A stretch of 64,000 nt of DNA from Planctomycetota bacterium. Its GTDB lineage: Bacteria; Planctomycetota; UBA1135; UBA2386. The stretch lies in NCBI GenBank assembly GCA_046290465.1, contig JBKAGP010000001.1:32001-96000 (forward strand), in the 5' to 3' direction. The notes beneath the pieces were generated by a model. That model was not told where the DNA came from. It worked only from the letters and a program-made list of their open reading frames with translations, and did no database searches. Below, piece by piece: positions 34,091-45,686 of the stretch (its first letter is position 1; the number at the start of each line of letters is the position of its first letter). The position numbers were made by a program, and so were the translations under genes.

Positions 34091-35260
34091 ATGACCAGGC
34101 TCCGACTGCTCGCCGCGTTTGCGCTCCCGCTCCTCGCCCATCCCCTGCTCGCCCAACAGGACGAACGGCCCGCGGCCGGCAAGCCCGATGCCGCCGCCGT
34201 GCGGCAGAGCGTCGAGGCCTGGGCGCGGACGTTCGAGAAGGCGCTGCGCGAGGACCAGCCCGACGAGGTCGAGGGCTTCCTCGACGTCGAGGCGATCATG
34301 GACGCGACCCTGGATGGCGTCGAGGTCGACAACGCCAGCGTGCTGAAGGGCTTCCGGGCCGGCATGAAGGGCTCGATGGGGACCGCGAACCGCACGCTGT
34401 GGACGCAGTGGGCGGCCAGCCAGCCGAAGTTCAAGCAGGTGCTGTTGATCGACGGCAAGCCGTCGGCGCGCTTCCGCTTCTGCGGCGAGAACGGCATCTC
34501 GATCCTCGACCTGCGGCTGCGGAAGGACGGCGACACCTGGCGCGTCGCCGACGTCTACAACCACGCGTTCGGCCTCGGCATGGTCGACCAGATGCGCAGC
34601 ACCGCGGCGCTGATGCTGAAGGGACTCGACGCGGGTGTGATCGCGCGCCTGTTCGGTGCCGAGGGCGTTTCGCCGAAGGACGGGTCGCGGGTCGCGGACA
34701 TGACCCGCAAGATGCGCCAGGGCGACTACCAGGGCGCGATGGCGGTCTACGCGCGGTTGTCGAAGGCGATGCAGCAGACGCAGATGGTGACGGCGCTGCA
34801 CGTGCAGTCGCTGTCGATGATCGAGAGCGAATCGGACGCCTATGTCGCCGCGCTCGAGGACGCCGCCCGGCGCTTCCCGGCGCCGCAGTTCCGGCTGACG
34901 TTGATCGACGCGCACTTCCTGAAGGAGCGCTGGGACGCGGCCGTCGGCTGCATCGACGACTGCATGAAGGCGGTCGGCCGCGACGCCGTGCTGTTGACGC
35001 TGCGCGCGTTGATGCTGCTGCAGGCAGACCGCAAAGCCGACGCGATCGCCGACCTGAAGGAGGCGGTGTCGCTGGAGCCCGACTGCGAATACGTGCTGTC
35101 GACCGGGCTCGACGTGTGGCTCGCGGCCAAGGACTGGAAGGCGGTCGCGAATGCGATCCGCAAGCTCGAGGCGACCGGCGAATACGACTTCAAGGGCCAG
35201 CTCCAGGGCGAGCAGTGGGCCGGCTTCGCCGCTGCCGAAGAGTCGAAGCCGTGGCGGTGA
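34091..35260 (+). CDS. Exported protein with TPR-like C-terminal half
   Basis: Signal peptide MTRLRLLAAFALPLLAHPLLAQ; helical repeats such as AIADLKEAVSLEPD. Confidence 0.75.
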   Translation: MTRLRLLAAFALPLLAHPLLAQQDERPAAGKPDAAAVRQSVEAWARTFEKALREDQPDEVEGFLDVEAIMDATLDGVEVDNASVLKGFRAGMKGSMGTANRTLWTQWAASQPKFKQVLLIDGKPSARFRFCGENGISILDLRLRKDGDTWRVADVYNHAFGLGMVDQMRSTAALMLKGLDAGVIARLFGAEGVSPKDGSRVADMTRKMRQGDYQGAMAVYARLSKAMQQTQMVTALHVQSLSMIESESDAYVAALEDAARRFPAPQFRLTLIDAHFLKERWDAAVGCIDDCMKAVGRDAVLLTLRALMLLQADRKADAIADLKEAVSLEPDCEYVLSTGLDVWLAAKDWKAVANAIRKLEATGEYDFKGQLQGEQWAGFAAAEESKPWR

Positions 35261-35280
35261 TGGCGCGGTAGGCTTGTCGC

Positions 35281-36147
35281 GTGACCGCCTCCGACCAAGC
35301 CCGCGCGAACGAGCCGCTCTACCTGTTCGCGCACGTCGCGAAGGCGGGCGGCACCACGGTCGAGGACGTGTTGGCGCGGCGCTTCGGCGACCGTCTGCAG
35401 CGCACCAATCCGCGGCCCGGCAACCGCAGCTGGCCGCAGGTGCGCGAGCCGCGCTGCTACAGCGGCCACGACTGCGAGGTGGCGGCAACGGTCGGGGCTG
35501 CCCGCGACGACGTGCGCTGGTTGAGCTGGGTGCGGGATCCGCTGCGCATGGCGGTGTCGACCTACTACTACCTGCGCGACGTGCTGGTCCGGCAGCACCC
35601 GCCGGGCGAGCTGTTCGAGGACCGCGGCCTGCGCACGTGGCTGCTGCACGAGGGCCGCGGCGGCTGGCCGCTGCCCGACGGCTACGGGCACGACCGGATG
35701 AGCTACGTGGTCGAGCACACGACCGGCAGCTTCGACGCGTTCGCGTTCGTCGGGGTCACCGAGCGTTTCGCCGAGTCGATGCTGCTGATGTTCGATGTGC
35801 TCGGCTGGCAGCCGATCGTCTACCGCGCGCTCAACCCGACCCGGGCCAGGCGCACCGCCGAGGAGCAGGCGGTGATCGACGACCCCGACGTGCGCGCCGC
35901 GTTCCGCGAACGCAACCAGCGCGACTACGCGCTCTACGAGGCGGCCAACGCGCGGCTCGACGAGCTGCGCGCGGCCGCCGGCGCCGACTTCGCGGCGCGG
36001 CTGGCCGCCTACGAGCGCCGGGTCGCCGCGGTCGAACGGCGGCGCCGCCTGTTGCTCGAGAACGGCCTGACCAACCTCGCCCGACGCGGCTGGCGCGCCG
36101 TCTACGATCGCTGGATGCAGGCGAAGGTCGCGCGCCGCGACGGCTGA
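35281..36147 (+). CDS. Sulfotransferase family protein
   Basis: PAPS-binding motifs FAHVAKAGGTT and VRDPLRMAVSTYYY; FVGVTERFAES and NQRDYALY. Confidence 0.85.
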   Translation: MTASDQARANEPLYLFAHVAKAGGTTVEDVLARRFGDRLQRTNPRPGNRSWPQVREPRCYSGHDCEVAATVGAARDDVRWLSWVRDPLRMAVSTYYYLRDVLVRQHPPGELFEDRGLRTWLLHEGRGGWPLPDGYGHDRMSYVVEHTTGSFDAFAFVGVTERFAESMLLMFDVLGWQPIVYRALNPTRARRTAEEQAVIDDPDVRAAFRERNQRDYALYEAANARLDELRAAAGADFAARLAAYERRVAAVERRRRLLLENGLTNLARRGWRAVYDRWMQAKVARRDG

Positions 36148-36268
36148 CGGGGTCTGCCGGCGGCCGGCCCCGCCGCTGCCACCGCGTGTATCGCCCGCTG
36201 TGGCGACAGGTTGGGCACGCCGACGTGTTACGTCGGGGCGGTTCGGGGCTATGGTGGTGCGTCCCGCC

Positions 36269-38311
<2,043 letters not shown>

Positions 38312-38363
38312 TCCGCCCGGCCGGCTCCCCGCGGGCCGCTCGCTGTGCCATGATGGGAGGCAG

Positions 38364-41300
38364 GTGACCAACTTCGACCAGCCGTTCCAGGACTACGAGA
38401 TCCTCGACCGCGTCGGCGGCGGCGCGATGGGCACGGTCTTCAAGGCGCGGCACAAGCGCCTCAACCGGATCGTCGCGCTGAAGATCCTCAAGCCGTCGCT
38501 GGCGCGCGACAAGCGCTACGTCGACCGGCTGCGCCGCGAGGCGCGCATCGTCGCGTCGCTGAGCCACCCGCACATCGTCACCGGCTACGACCTCGGCGAG
38601 GAGGGCGGCTACCACTTCTTCGTGATGGAGTTCGTCGAGGGCAAGTCGCTCCGGCAGCTGCTGGTCGAGTGGGGGATGTTCGCGGAGGAATACGTGCTGC
38701 GCGTCGCGCGCGAGGTCGCCGAGGCGCTCGACCACGCCTACCAGCGCGACGTCATCCACCGTGACATCAAGCCGGGCAACATCCTGATCGACGACAAGGG
38801 CAGCGTGAAGCTGACCGACATGGGCCTGGCCAAGGGGCCGGCCGACCTGACGTTGACGCGCGACGGCGCGACCGTCGGCACGCCGATGTACATCTCGCCC
38901 GAGCAGGCGCGCAACCCGCAGGACGTCGACGTGCGCAGCGACCTGTACTCGCTCGGCGCGACGCTCTACCACATGGCGACCGGCGTGCCGCCGTTCAGCG
39001 GCAACACCATGGCCGAGCTGATCACCAACGTGCTCAACGAGAACGTGGTGCCGCCCGACGAGGCCAACTCGGCGGTGTCACCAGGCCTGTCGCTGGTGAT
39101 CCGCAAGCTGCTCGCCAAGAACCTCACGGTCCGCTACCAGACGCCGCGCGAGCTGCTCGACGACCTCGACCGGCTCGACAAGGAGCTGCCGCCGGCGGTC
39201 GACGCCGGCCGGCTCGAGGCCGCCGCCGACCTGTCGGGCCGGTGGCTGCGGCCGGTGACGCTGGCCTGCGGCGCGATGCTGCTGGCATTCTCCGCGTGGT
39301 GGGTCGGCCGCCAGATGGTCGAGCCACGCGACGCCCAGCCCGATTCGGCGCAGTATCTGTCCGAGCTCGACCGCGAACTGTTGTCGCTGCCGTCGCCGGG
39401 CTCCCGCCACCTGCGGCTGGCGACCATCACCGATGCGCCGAGCGGCACGATCCGGCCGTTGGAGCAGCGCCGTCTCGAGGTCGCCAACGAACTGCAGGCG
39501 GTGCTCGACGGCGTCGTCGACGAGTTCGAGGGGCCGCGCCGCAGCGAGCTGTGGCGCTGGCTGCGCGACCCGACGGTCTGGCCCGACCTGTCGCAGTTCG
39601 ACCGCGAACGGCTGCAGCCGCGCGCGCGGCAGGCCTGCGGCATCGCGCTCGCCCAGCTGCCGGTGCGGGTGCGTCGCGAGCGGGTCGAAGCGCTGCGCCA
39701 GGCGGTGCAGCACGAACTCGAGCGCCGCGACGCGGAGCTGGTCGAGCAGTTCGAGCACTACCTGACCAAGGTTGTGCCCGGCCGCGCCAACGCGAGCGCG
39801 CGCACGCACAACTTCACCGAGGCGATCGGCCACTGGCGGGTGGCGCTGTCCGCGTTCTGCGACGGCGTGCGCCAGCCGCTGCCCGAGCGCCTGCCCGACG
39901 CCGTGCGGGTCGGTCTCAACGAACGGCTGCAGCGGGCCGCCGGTCCCGCGGTCGGCGCGCTCGAGCAGGCCGAGAAGGACGTCGCGCTGGCGCTGCGCAG
40001 CAACGTGTCGGTCGCGGTCGGCGACCTGCGCAGCCGGCTCGACGGCGGCACCGATCCGGCGGTGGTGCGCGAGGCGCTGCAGCGGCTGCGCAGCAACCTG
40101 GGCTACTTCTGGCCGGCGGCGTCGTGCTTCCGGCCGGGCCACAACCCATGGCCGTCGGTCGACCAGCAGCTGCTGGCCGCCGACGCCGCGGTCGAGGTCG
40201 CCGTGATCGAGCACCAGGGCCTGCGCTTCGAGGCGCGCTGCGACACCGCCTGGCGGGTGTTCCGCTACGGCGACGCCGCCGCCGCGCAGGCAGTGCTGGC
40301 CGACCTGGAGCCGGCGACCGACGAGCAGAAGCGGCAGCTCGAGGGGCACCGCCGCTGCCTCGGCGAGACCCGCCGGGTCGAGCGCGCGCTGCTGCGCGCG
40401 ATCGCGGCGCGTTCGCCGAACCCGATCGGCTTCCTGCACGGCGGCGCCGAGCCGTACGCGCTGCGCGTCGAACCCGACGGCGAGGACCTGCGGCTGCTCG
40501 GCGAGGCGGTCGACCAGCCGCCGCGCGGGATCCACCTGACCGAGCTGCGCATCGGCAACCTGCTCGACGCGCTCGGCCCGGACGCCGGCCCGCTGCGCGA
40601 CATCCCCAGCGGACCGCGCGCGCTCGGCCTGACCATCCTGCGGCTGGCCGCTGACGACGCCGGAGGCCTCGATCGCCACGTCGAGGCGCTGGCCGAGATC
40701 GACCGCGCGTTCGTGCTCGACGAGGTCGCACCGCGGCTCGAGAACGCGCGCAGCGAGCAGGGCACGTCGGTGCAGATCGACCTCGACAGCATGTTTGCGC
40801 AGCTCGAGACCGCCCTGCGCGACGTCGACCAGGGCGGTTCGGCGAGCCAGCTGCGGCGCGCGCTGATGCGGTTCGACAGCGTGCCGCTGCTGCAGATGAG
40901 CGGGCGGCAGGAGACCATGCTGCGCCGCGCCCGCCAGCGCCACAAGCTGGCGCAGCGCGAGGGCAGCCTGCTGCGCGACCTGCGCAGCGAGATGCCGCGC
41001 GGCGCGACCGCGACCGTCGCGGCGCAGGACGGTGCGCTGGTCGCATCGGTGACGATGCCCGCCGACGTGCTGCGCGGGGGTGCCAAGGAGGGCTGGCAGC
41101 TGCACGGCGAGGAGCTCGAGTTCGCCGGCGGCCGCCGGCCGTTCGCGGAGCAGCCGCTGCTGGCGCTGCGGGCCGAGCCGGGCATGCGCGCGCTCGGCAA
41201 GCACACGCGGGCCGAGATCGAACTGACGTTCCCGCAGCCGGCGGTCGGCGACCGCAGCTACATGATCGAGTTCGACGGCGTTCACCTGATCGTCGTGCTC

Positions 41301-41621
41301 GCCGCCAACGACAGCGTGCAGGTCGAGCTGATCGACGGGCCGGCGCTCGAGGAGGAGCGCGCGCGGCGCGCGTTCGCCAAGGCGCTGTCGGGTGCGTTCG
41401 CGCCGGCGAAGGCGACCGCGATCCCCGGCGCGCTGCACCGGATCACCATCGACGTGCTGCAGTCGGCACCGACGCAGGCGATGGTCAAGGTCAACTTCGA
41501 GGGCAAGGAACTGCTGAGCCGGCGCTACCTGTTCGACGCCAAGCTGCCGCCGAGCTTCGCGCTGCATCCGCTACAGGAGGTCTCGGTGCGCGAACTGACG
41601 GTGCGGGCCTACGGGCTGTGA
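38364..41621 (+). CDS. Membrane Ser/Thr protein kinase (Hanks type) with large C-terminal region
   Basis: GGGAMGTV, VALK, HRDIKPGN, DMGLA, GTPMYISPE and DLYSLG; one TM after the kinase domain; GGAGG SD. Confidence 0.92.
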   Translation: MTNFDQPFQDYEILDRVGGGAMGTVFKARHKRLNRIVALKILKPSLARDKRYVDRLRREARIVASLSHPHIVTGYDLGEEGGYHFFVMEFVEGKSLRQLLVEWGMFAEEYVLRVAREVAEALDHAYQRDVIHRDIKPGNILIDDKGSVKLTDMGLAKGPADLTLTRDGATVGTPMYISPEQARNPQDVDVRSDLYSLGATLYHMATGVPPFSGNTMAELITNVLNENVVPPDEANSAVSPGLSLVIRKLLAKNLTVRYQTPRELLDDLDRLDKELPPAVDAGRLEAAADLSGRWLRPVTLACGAMLLAFSAWWVGRQMVEPRDAQPDSAQYLSELDRELLSLPSPGSRHLRLATITDAPSGTIRPLEQRRLEVANELQAVLDGVVDEFEGPRRSELWRWLRDPTVWPDLSQFDRERLQPRARQACGIALAQLPVRVRRERVEALRQAVQHELERRDAELVEQFEHYLTKVVPGRANASARTHNFTEAIGHWRVALSAFCDGVRQPLPERLPDAVRVGLNERLQRAAGPAVGALEQAEKDVALALRSNVSVAVGDLRSRLDGGTDPAVVREALQRLRSNLGYFWPAASCFRPGHNPWPSVDQQLLAADAAVEVAVIEHQGLRFEARCDTAWRVFRYGDAAAAQAVLADLEPATDEQKRQLEGHRRCLGETRRVERALLRAIAARSPNPIGFLHGGAEPYALRVEPDGEDLRLLGEAVDQPPRGIHLTELRIGNLLDALGPDAGPLRDIPSGPRALGLTILRLAADDAGGLDRHVEALAEIDRAFVLDEVAPRLENARSEQGTSVQIDLDSMFAQLETALRDVDQGGSASQLRRALMRFDSVPLLQMSGRQETMLRRARQRHKLAQREGSLLRDLRSEMPRGATATVAAQDGALVASVTMPADVLRGGAKEGWQLHGEELEFAGGRRPFAEQPLLALRAEPGMRALGKHTRAEIELTFPQPAVGDRSYMIEFDGVHLIVVLAANDSVQVELIDGPALEEERARRAFAKALSGAFAPAKATAIPGALHRITIDVLQSAPTQAMVKVNFEGKELLSRRYLFDAKLPPSFALHPLQEVSVRELTVRAYGL

Positions 41622-41625
41622 ACGG

Positions 41626-42786
41626 TCAGCGGCCCGGCGACGCGCCGAGCCGCTGCACGCCGTACAGCTGCGCCGAAGCGCGCACCGGGTGCGCGCCGAG
41701 CGTCAGCCGCCGCGACCACTCGGTCATCGACTGCGCCCAGGTGTCGGTGCGGTCCGCCATCGGCACCGAACCGCCCGAGCCGTCGGCGTGCTCGTACTCG
41801 CGCGCCAGCAGTTCGGCCGCCAGCGCCGCCATCTCGTCGCCGCGGTGGCGGTGCAGCGTGCTGAGCAGGTGGTAGTCGACGGCCGGTGCCGGGTCCGAAC
41901 GGCGCGCGCTGTGCAGCCGCTGCTCGGCGCCGGGCAGGTCGCCGGCCATCAGGTGGTCGAGCGCCTCGCTGCGCATGCCGGCTGGCCGCCGTTGCCGCTC
42001 GCTGGCGTCGGCCGCCGACTGCGCCAGCGCCGCGCGCCGCGCCGGGTCGGGCTCGAGCAGCGCCGCGCGGCGCAGGTTGGCGACCGCGCGCTCGCACTGG
42101 CCCTCGGCTGCCAGCAGTTCGGCGAGCTGTTCGAACACCTCGCTCGGCGCGTCCGGCAGCCGCGATGCGGCTCGCAGCAGCGCCGCGCGCTGCTCGCTGT
42201 GTTCGCTGCGGTGGGCGCGCGCCAGCAGGCGGCCGAGGCGCCAGACCACCAGGTTGGCCTCGGCGGCGCCCGGGCCGCCGTCGTCGTCGCAGACCGCCAG
42301 CTCGAGGGTGCGGTGCACGACCGCCCCGAGCCGGGCGTGCAGGTCGGCGGGAGCGCGGAAGCGCACCTCGCAGCGAGCGCCGCGGTCAACAACGGACACC
42401 TCGACGGCCGCCGTGCGGCGGGCCGCGAAGCCGGCCAGCGGTGCCTCGCGCAGCTCGCGGCTGCGCACCGCGAGGCCGCCGCGGCCGTCGGTGCGACGCA
42501 GCGACAGCCGCCGGTCGGCGTGCGGCAGCCAGTGCTCGCCCGGGCCGCGTTCGTAGCGCACGACGAAGCCGTCGTCGGTGCGCCGCGCCGGTGCGCCGCA
42601 GCTGTGCGCGGCGGGCTCGGCGTGCAGCTCGTCACACAACGCCGCAGACAGCAGCGTCGCGGCGACGTCGGCCGGCAGGGCAACCTCGCCGTGCACCGTC
42701 GTCCGCGACGACGGCTCGAACACCCCGCAGCCGGCGCACAGCAGCGCGAGCAGCGACGCGAGGCGGATTCGACGGAGAGCAGCCAC
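41626..42786 (-). CDS. Putative lipoprotein with TPR-like repeats
   Basis: LLALLCAGC lipobox-like sequence; AVANLRRAALLEPD. Confidence 0.6.
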   Translation of the reverse strand: MAALRRIRLASLLALLCAGCGVFEPSSRTTVHGEVALPADVAATLLSAALCDELHAEPAAHSCGAPARRTDDGFVVRYERGPGEHWLPHADRRLSLRRTDGRGGLAVRSRELREAPLAGFAARRTAAVEVSVVDRGARCEVRFRAPADLHARLGAVVHRTLELAVCDDDGGPGAAEANLVVWRLGRLLARAHRSEHSEQRAALLRAASRLPDAPSEVFEQLAELLAAEGQCERAVANLRRAALLEPDPARRAALAQSAADASERQRRPAGMRSEALDHLMAGDLPGAEQRLHSARRSDPAPAVDYHLLSTLHRHRGDEMAALAAELLAREYEHADGSGGSVPMADRTDTWAQSMTEWSRRLTLGAHPVRASAQLYGVQRLGASPGR

Positions 42787-42878
42787 GGCCTCTCCGGTTT
42801 CGGAAGTTGCACGCGCCGCCTGGAGGTGCCGGCCGGGCGCCGTCCCGGGCCGAGACCAAGACGATCAGACCAGGACGA

Positions 42879-43256
42879 TCAGGCCTCGGCGATCACGAAC
42901 GCCGTCGCGGTGATCGCCGTGTGCGTCAAGCTCACGTGCCATCGGCGGATCCCGCGCGCGGCGGCACGCTCGGCCGCGACGCCGCGCAGCACCAGTTCGG
43001 TGTCGCCGCTGGGCAGCCGCTGCACCTCGATCTCGCGGAACGCGGTGCCGTCGGCCCAGCCGGTGCCGAGGCACTTCATCACTGCTTCCTTGGCCGCGAA
43101 GCGCGCCGCGAACGACTCGGCAGGGTGGTGGCGGCTCCGGCAGTAGCTGGCCTCGTCCGGCGTGAACACGCGCTGCACGAAGCGTTCGCCGCTGCGCTCG
43201 TAGAGGCCGCGGATACGCCCGATCTCGACCGCGTCGGTGCCGATCGCGACGATCAT
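42879..43256 (-). CDS. acpS: Holo-ACP synthase
   Basis: IGTDAVEIGRI, FTPDE, FAARFAAKEAVMKCLGTG and VSLTH. Confidence 0.95.
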   Translation of the reverse strand: MIVAIGTDAVEIGRIRGLYERSGERFVQRVFTPDEASYCRSRHHPAESFAARFAAKEAVMKCLGTGWADGTAFREIEVQRLPSGDTELVLRGVAAERAAARGIRRWHVSLTHTAITATAFVIAEA

Positions 43257-43669
43257 CGCGACGCCTCCGCGACCCTCAGCCGCAGCGGTCGCACCGCGCG
43301 TCCCGCGGTCAGCCAGAACGCCTCGATGCGACGACCGTCGGTGATCAACTGCACGCAGTCGGTCCACAGTTGCTCGCGGTCGCGCAGCGATGGCGCGCAG
43401 CTGCCGCGCGGGTGGCTGTGGGCGAAGCCGACGAACGGCGCGCCGCGGGCCGCGAGCTGCTGCTCGGCGCGCACGAACGCGGCCGGCGGCACCTCGAATG
43501 CATCGTCGCCGCGCGCGACGTTGGGCAGTTCGACGAGGTCGGTGATCCAGGTCGCGTGCTCGCGACGTTCGCCGCCGACCAGCACCGCGCACTCGCGCGG
43601 CGCCGCTGCCGACGCGAAGCGCAGCAGCGCACCCTGCACCTGCTCGGTCCACGCGATCTCGTCGGGCAT
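43253..43669 (-). CDS. JAB/MPN (Mov34) metalloprotease
   Basis: PREC plus the JAMM motif HSHPRGSCAPSLRD. Confidence 0.85.
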   Translation of the reverse strand: MPDEIAWTEQVQGALLRFASAAAPRECAVLVGGERREHATWITDLVELPNVARGDDAFEVPPAAFVRAEQQLAARGAPFVGFAHSHPRGSCAPSLRDREQLWTDCVQLITDGRRIEAFWLTAGRAVRPLRLRVAEASR

Positions 43670-43718
43670 GCCGGCAAGCTTCGTTGCAAGCCGGACGCGG
43701 TTCAAACAACATCCCCGC

Positions 43719-44885
43719 ATGTCCGAACCGCTCTACGGAACTCCGCAGCCGCACCGGCCGCCGCTCGGCCCGCTCGCACCCACTCTGGTCCGCAGCAGCA
43801 CGTCCGGACTGCCGGACGCCGAGACGCTGCGCGCGATGGGCAGCGGCGAGAAGTCCGGCGACTTCTACCAGCGCATGGGCCACCACAACGGCCGCTGCTT
43901 CGAGGCGCTGGTCGCCGAGCTCGAGGGGGCCGAAGGGGCCGTGTCGTTCGCCTCGGGCATGGCCGCGATGAGCGCGACGCTGGGCGCGCACCTGTCGCAG
44001 GGCGACCGCGTGCTGGTCGCCGAGGAGATCTACGGCGGCACGTCGGCGTTCTCGCTGCACGACCTGACGCGCTTTGGGGTGACCGTCGAACGGTTCTCGT
44101 CGCTCTCGCCGGACACTCTGCGCGCGCAGCTGGAAAGGCCGGCGAAGATGGTCGTGTTCGAGTCGCCGATCAACCCGACGCTGCGCGTCGCCGACATCGC
44201 GGCGGTGGTGGCCATGGCGCGCGACGCCGGCGCGACGACGGTGTTCGACGGCACCTTCTCGCCGCCACCGATCCAGCGCGTGCTCGCCCAGGGCGTCGAC
44301 CTCGTGGTGCATTCGGCGACCAAGTTCTTCGGCGGGCACTCGGACGTGCTGGCCGGCGTCGTGGCGGGCCGCCACGAGCACCTCGGCCCGATCGAGGCGT
44401 GGCGGCGGCGCACCGGCGGCCTGTTGGCGCCGGACTCGGCGTGGCTGCTGCAGCGCTCGTGGCCGACGCTGGCGCTGCGCGTCCAGGCCCAGCAGGACAT
44501 CGCGCTCGCGGTCGCCAAGGGCCTGCAGGAGGAGGTGGCGAAGGGCACCGTCGCCGCGGTGACCTACCCGGGCCTCGAGGACCACCCCGACCGCGAGATC
44601 GTGCAGCGGCAGATGAACGGCGGCGGCGCGGTGCTGGCGATCGAGTTCCCCGGCGGCCTGCCGGGGGTGCTGCCGGTCGTCGACCGCCTGAAGGTCATCG
44701 CCCGGGCCGCCAGCCTCGGCGGCATCGAGACGCTGGCGACCGTGCCGGCCTACACGACCCATGCGCCGCTGACGCCCGAGCAGCGCGCCGCGGCCGGCAT
44801 CCCGGACGGCCTGATGCGCGTCGCGGTCGGTCTCGAGGGGGCCGAAGTGCTGCTGGAGGACCTGCGCCAGGCGATCCGCGGCTGA
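43719..44885 (+). CDS. PLP-dependent trans-sulfuration enzyme (cystathionine gamma-synthase/lyase family)
   Basis: FYQRMG, FASGMAA, ESPINP, HSATKFFGGHSD and ASLGGIETL. Confidence 0.9.
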   Translation: MSEPLYGTPQPHRPPLGPLAPTLVRSSTSGLPDAETLRAMGSGEKSGDFYQRMGHHNGRCFEALVAELEGAEGAVSFASGMAAMSATLGAHLSQGDRVLVAEEIYGGTSAFSLHDLTRFGVTVERFSSLSPDTLRAQLERPAKMVVFESPINPTLRVADIAAVVAMARDAGATTVFDGTFSPPPIQRVLAQGVDLVVHSATKFFGGHSDVLAGVVAGRHEHLGPIEAWRRRTGGLLAPDSAWLLQRSWPTLALRVQAQQDIALAVAKGLQEEVAKGTVAAVTYPGLEDHPDREIVQRQMNGGGAVLAIEFPGGLPGVLPVVDRLKVIARAASLGGIETLATVPAYTTHAPLTPEQRAAAGIPDGLMRVAVGLEGAEVLLEDLRQAIRG

Positions 44886-44981
44886 CGGATCTCGGCCCGT
44901 TCGTCGGGCTTCGGCGTTGGCCTTGGGGCCCCGGGCCTGCTACCTTGCGCGGTCATTGGCGCCGAGGCCAACTCCCTAGAC

Positions 44982-45680
44982 ATGTCGATCGCATCCATCG
45001 TCGGACTGTTCCTCCCGGTCACCGCAGCGCTGTCGCTGCTGGCGTCCGCGACCGCCCAAGGCCCGCAGAACGCGAACGCGTCGAAGTCCGCGGCGAACCA
45101 GCCGGCCGGCGGCGTCGTCGTCGGCGTGATCGACGTCGTCAAGGCGGTCGAGCAGTACCCGCGCTACATCAAGCTGCGCGGCGAACTGGAGGCGAGCATC
45201 CAGCAGTACGAAGAGCAGCTGAAGGAGATGTCGGCGCGCGGCAACGAACTGCGCGGCACCATCCAGGTGCTGGCCGAGGGCTCGCAGGAGCGGGCCGACA
45301 AGGAGTTCGAGTACAAGATGCTGCTGCAGACGCAGGACTACCGCCGCAAGGCCTACCGCGACCGCATGCAGCTGCAGGACCTGCGCAACACGCTCGCGGT
45401 CTACGAGGATCTCGAGTACGTGATCGGCGTCGTGGCGAAGCGCAAGGGCGTGTCGCTGGTGCTCAGCAAGCGCGCGCTGCCGCAGACCGTGCAGCCGATC
45501 GCGGAGATGTCGCCGAGCGAAGTGCAGGGCCGCGTCAAGGCGTTCGACGAGCGCAAGGTCTGGTTCGCGAGCAAGGAGCTCGACCTGACCGGGGACGTGA
45601 TCAAGGAGCTGATGATCCCGGTGCCGGATCGCAACTCGCCGGAGCGCGCTCCGAAGGACCAGCAGGACGGCAAGGAGTAG
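44982..45680 (+). CDS. skp: OmpH/Skp family periplasmic chaperone
   Basis: Signal peptide, VGVIDVVKAV, coiled coil and DLTGDVIK; located upstream of lpxC. Confidence 0.75.
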   Translation: MSIASIVGLFLPVTAALSLLASATAQGPQNANASKSAANQPAGGVVVGVIDVVKAVEQYPRYIKLRGELEASIQQYEEQLKEMSARGNELRGTIQVLAEGSQERADKEFEYKMLLQTQDYRRKAYRDRMQLQDLRNTLAVYEDLEYVIGVVAKRKGVSLVLSKRALPQTVQPIAEMSPSEVQGRVKAFDERKVWFASKELDLTGDVIKELMIPVPDRNSPERAPKDQQDGKE

Positions 45681-45686
45681 AACCGA

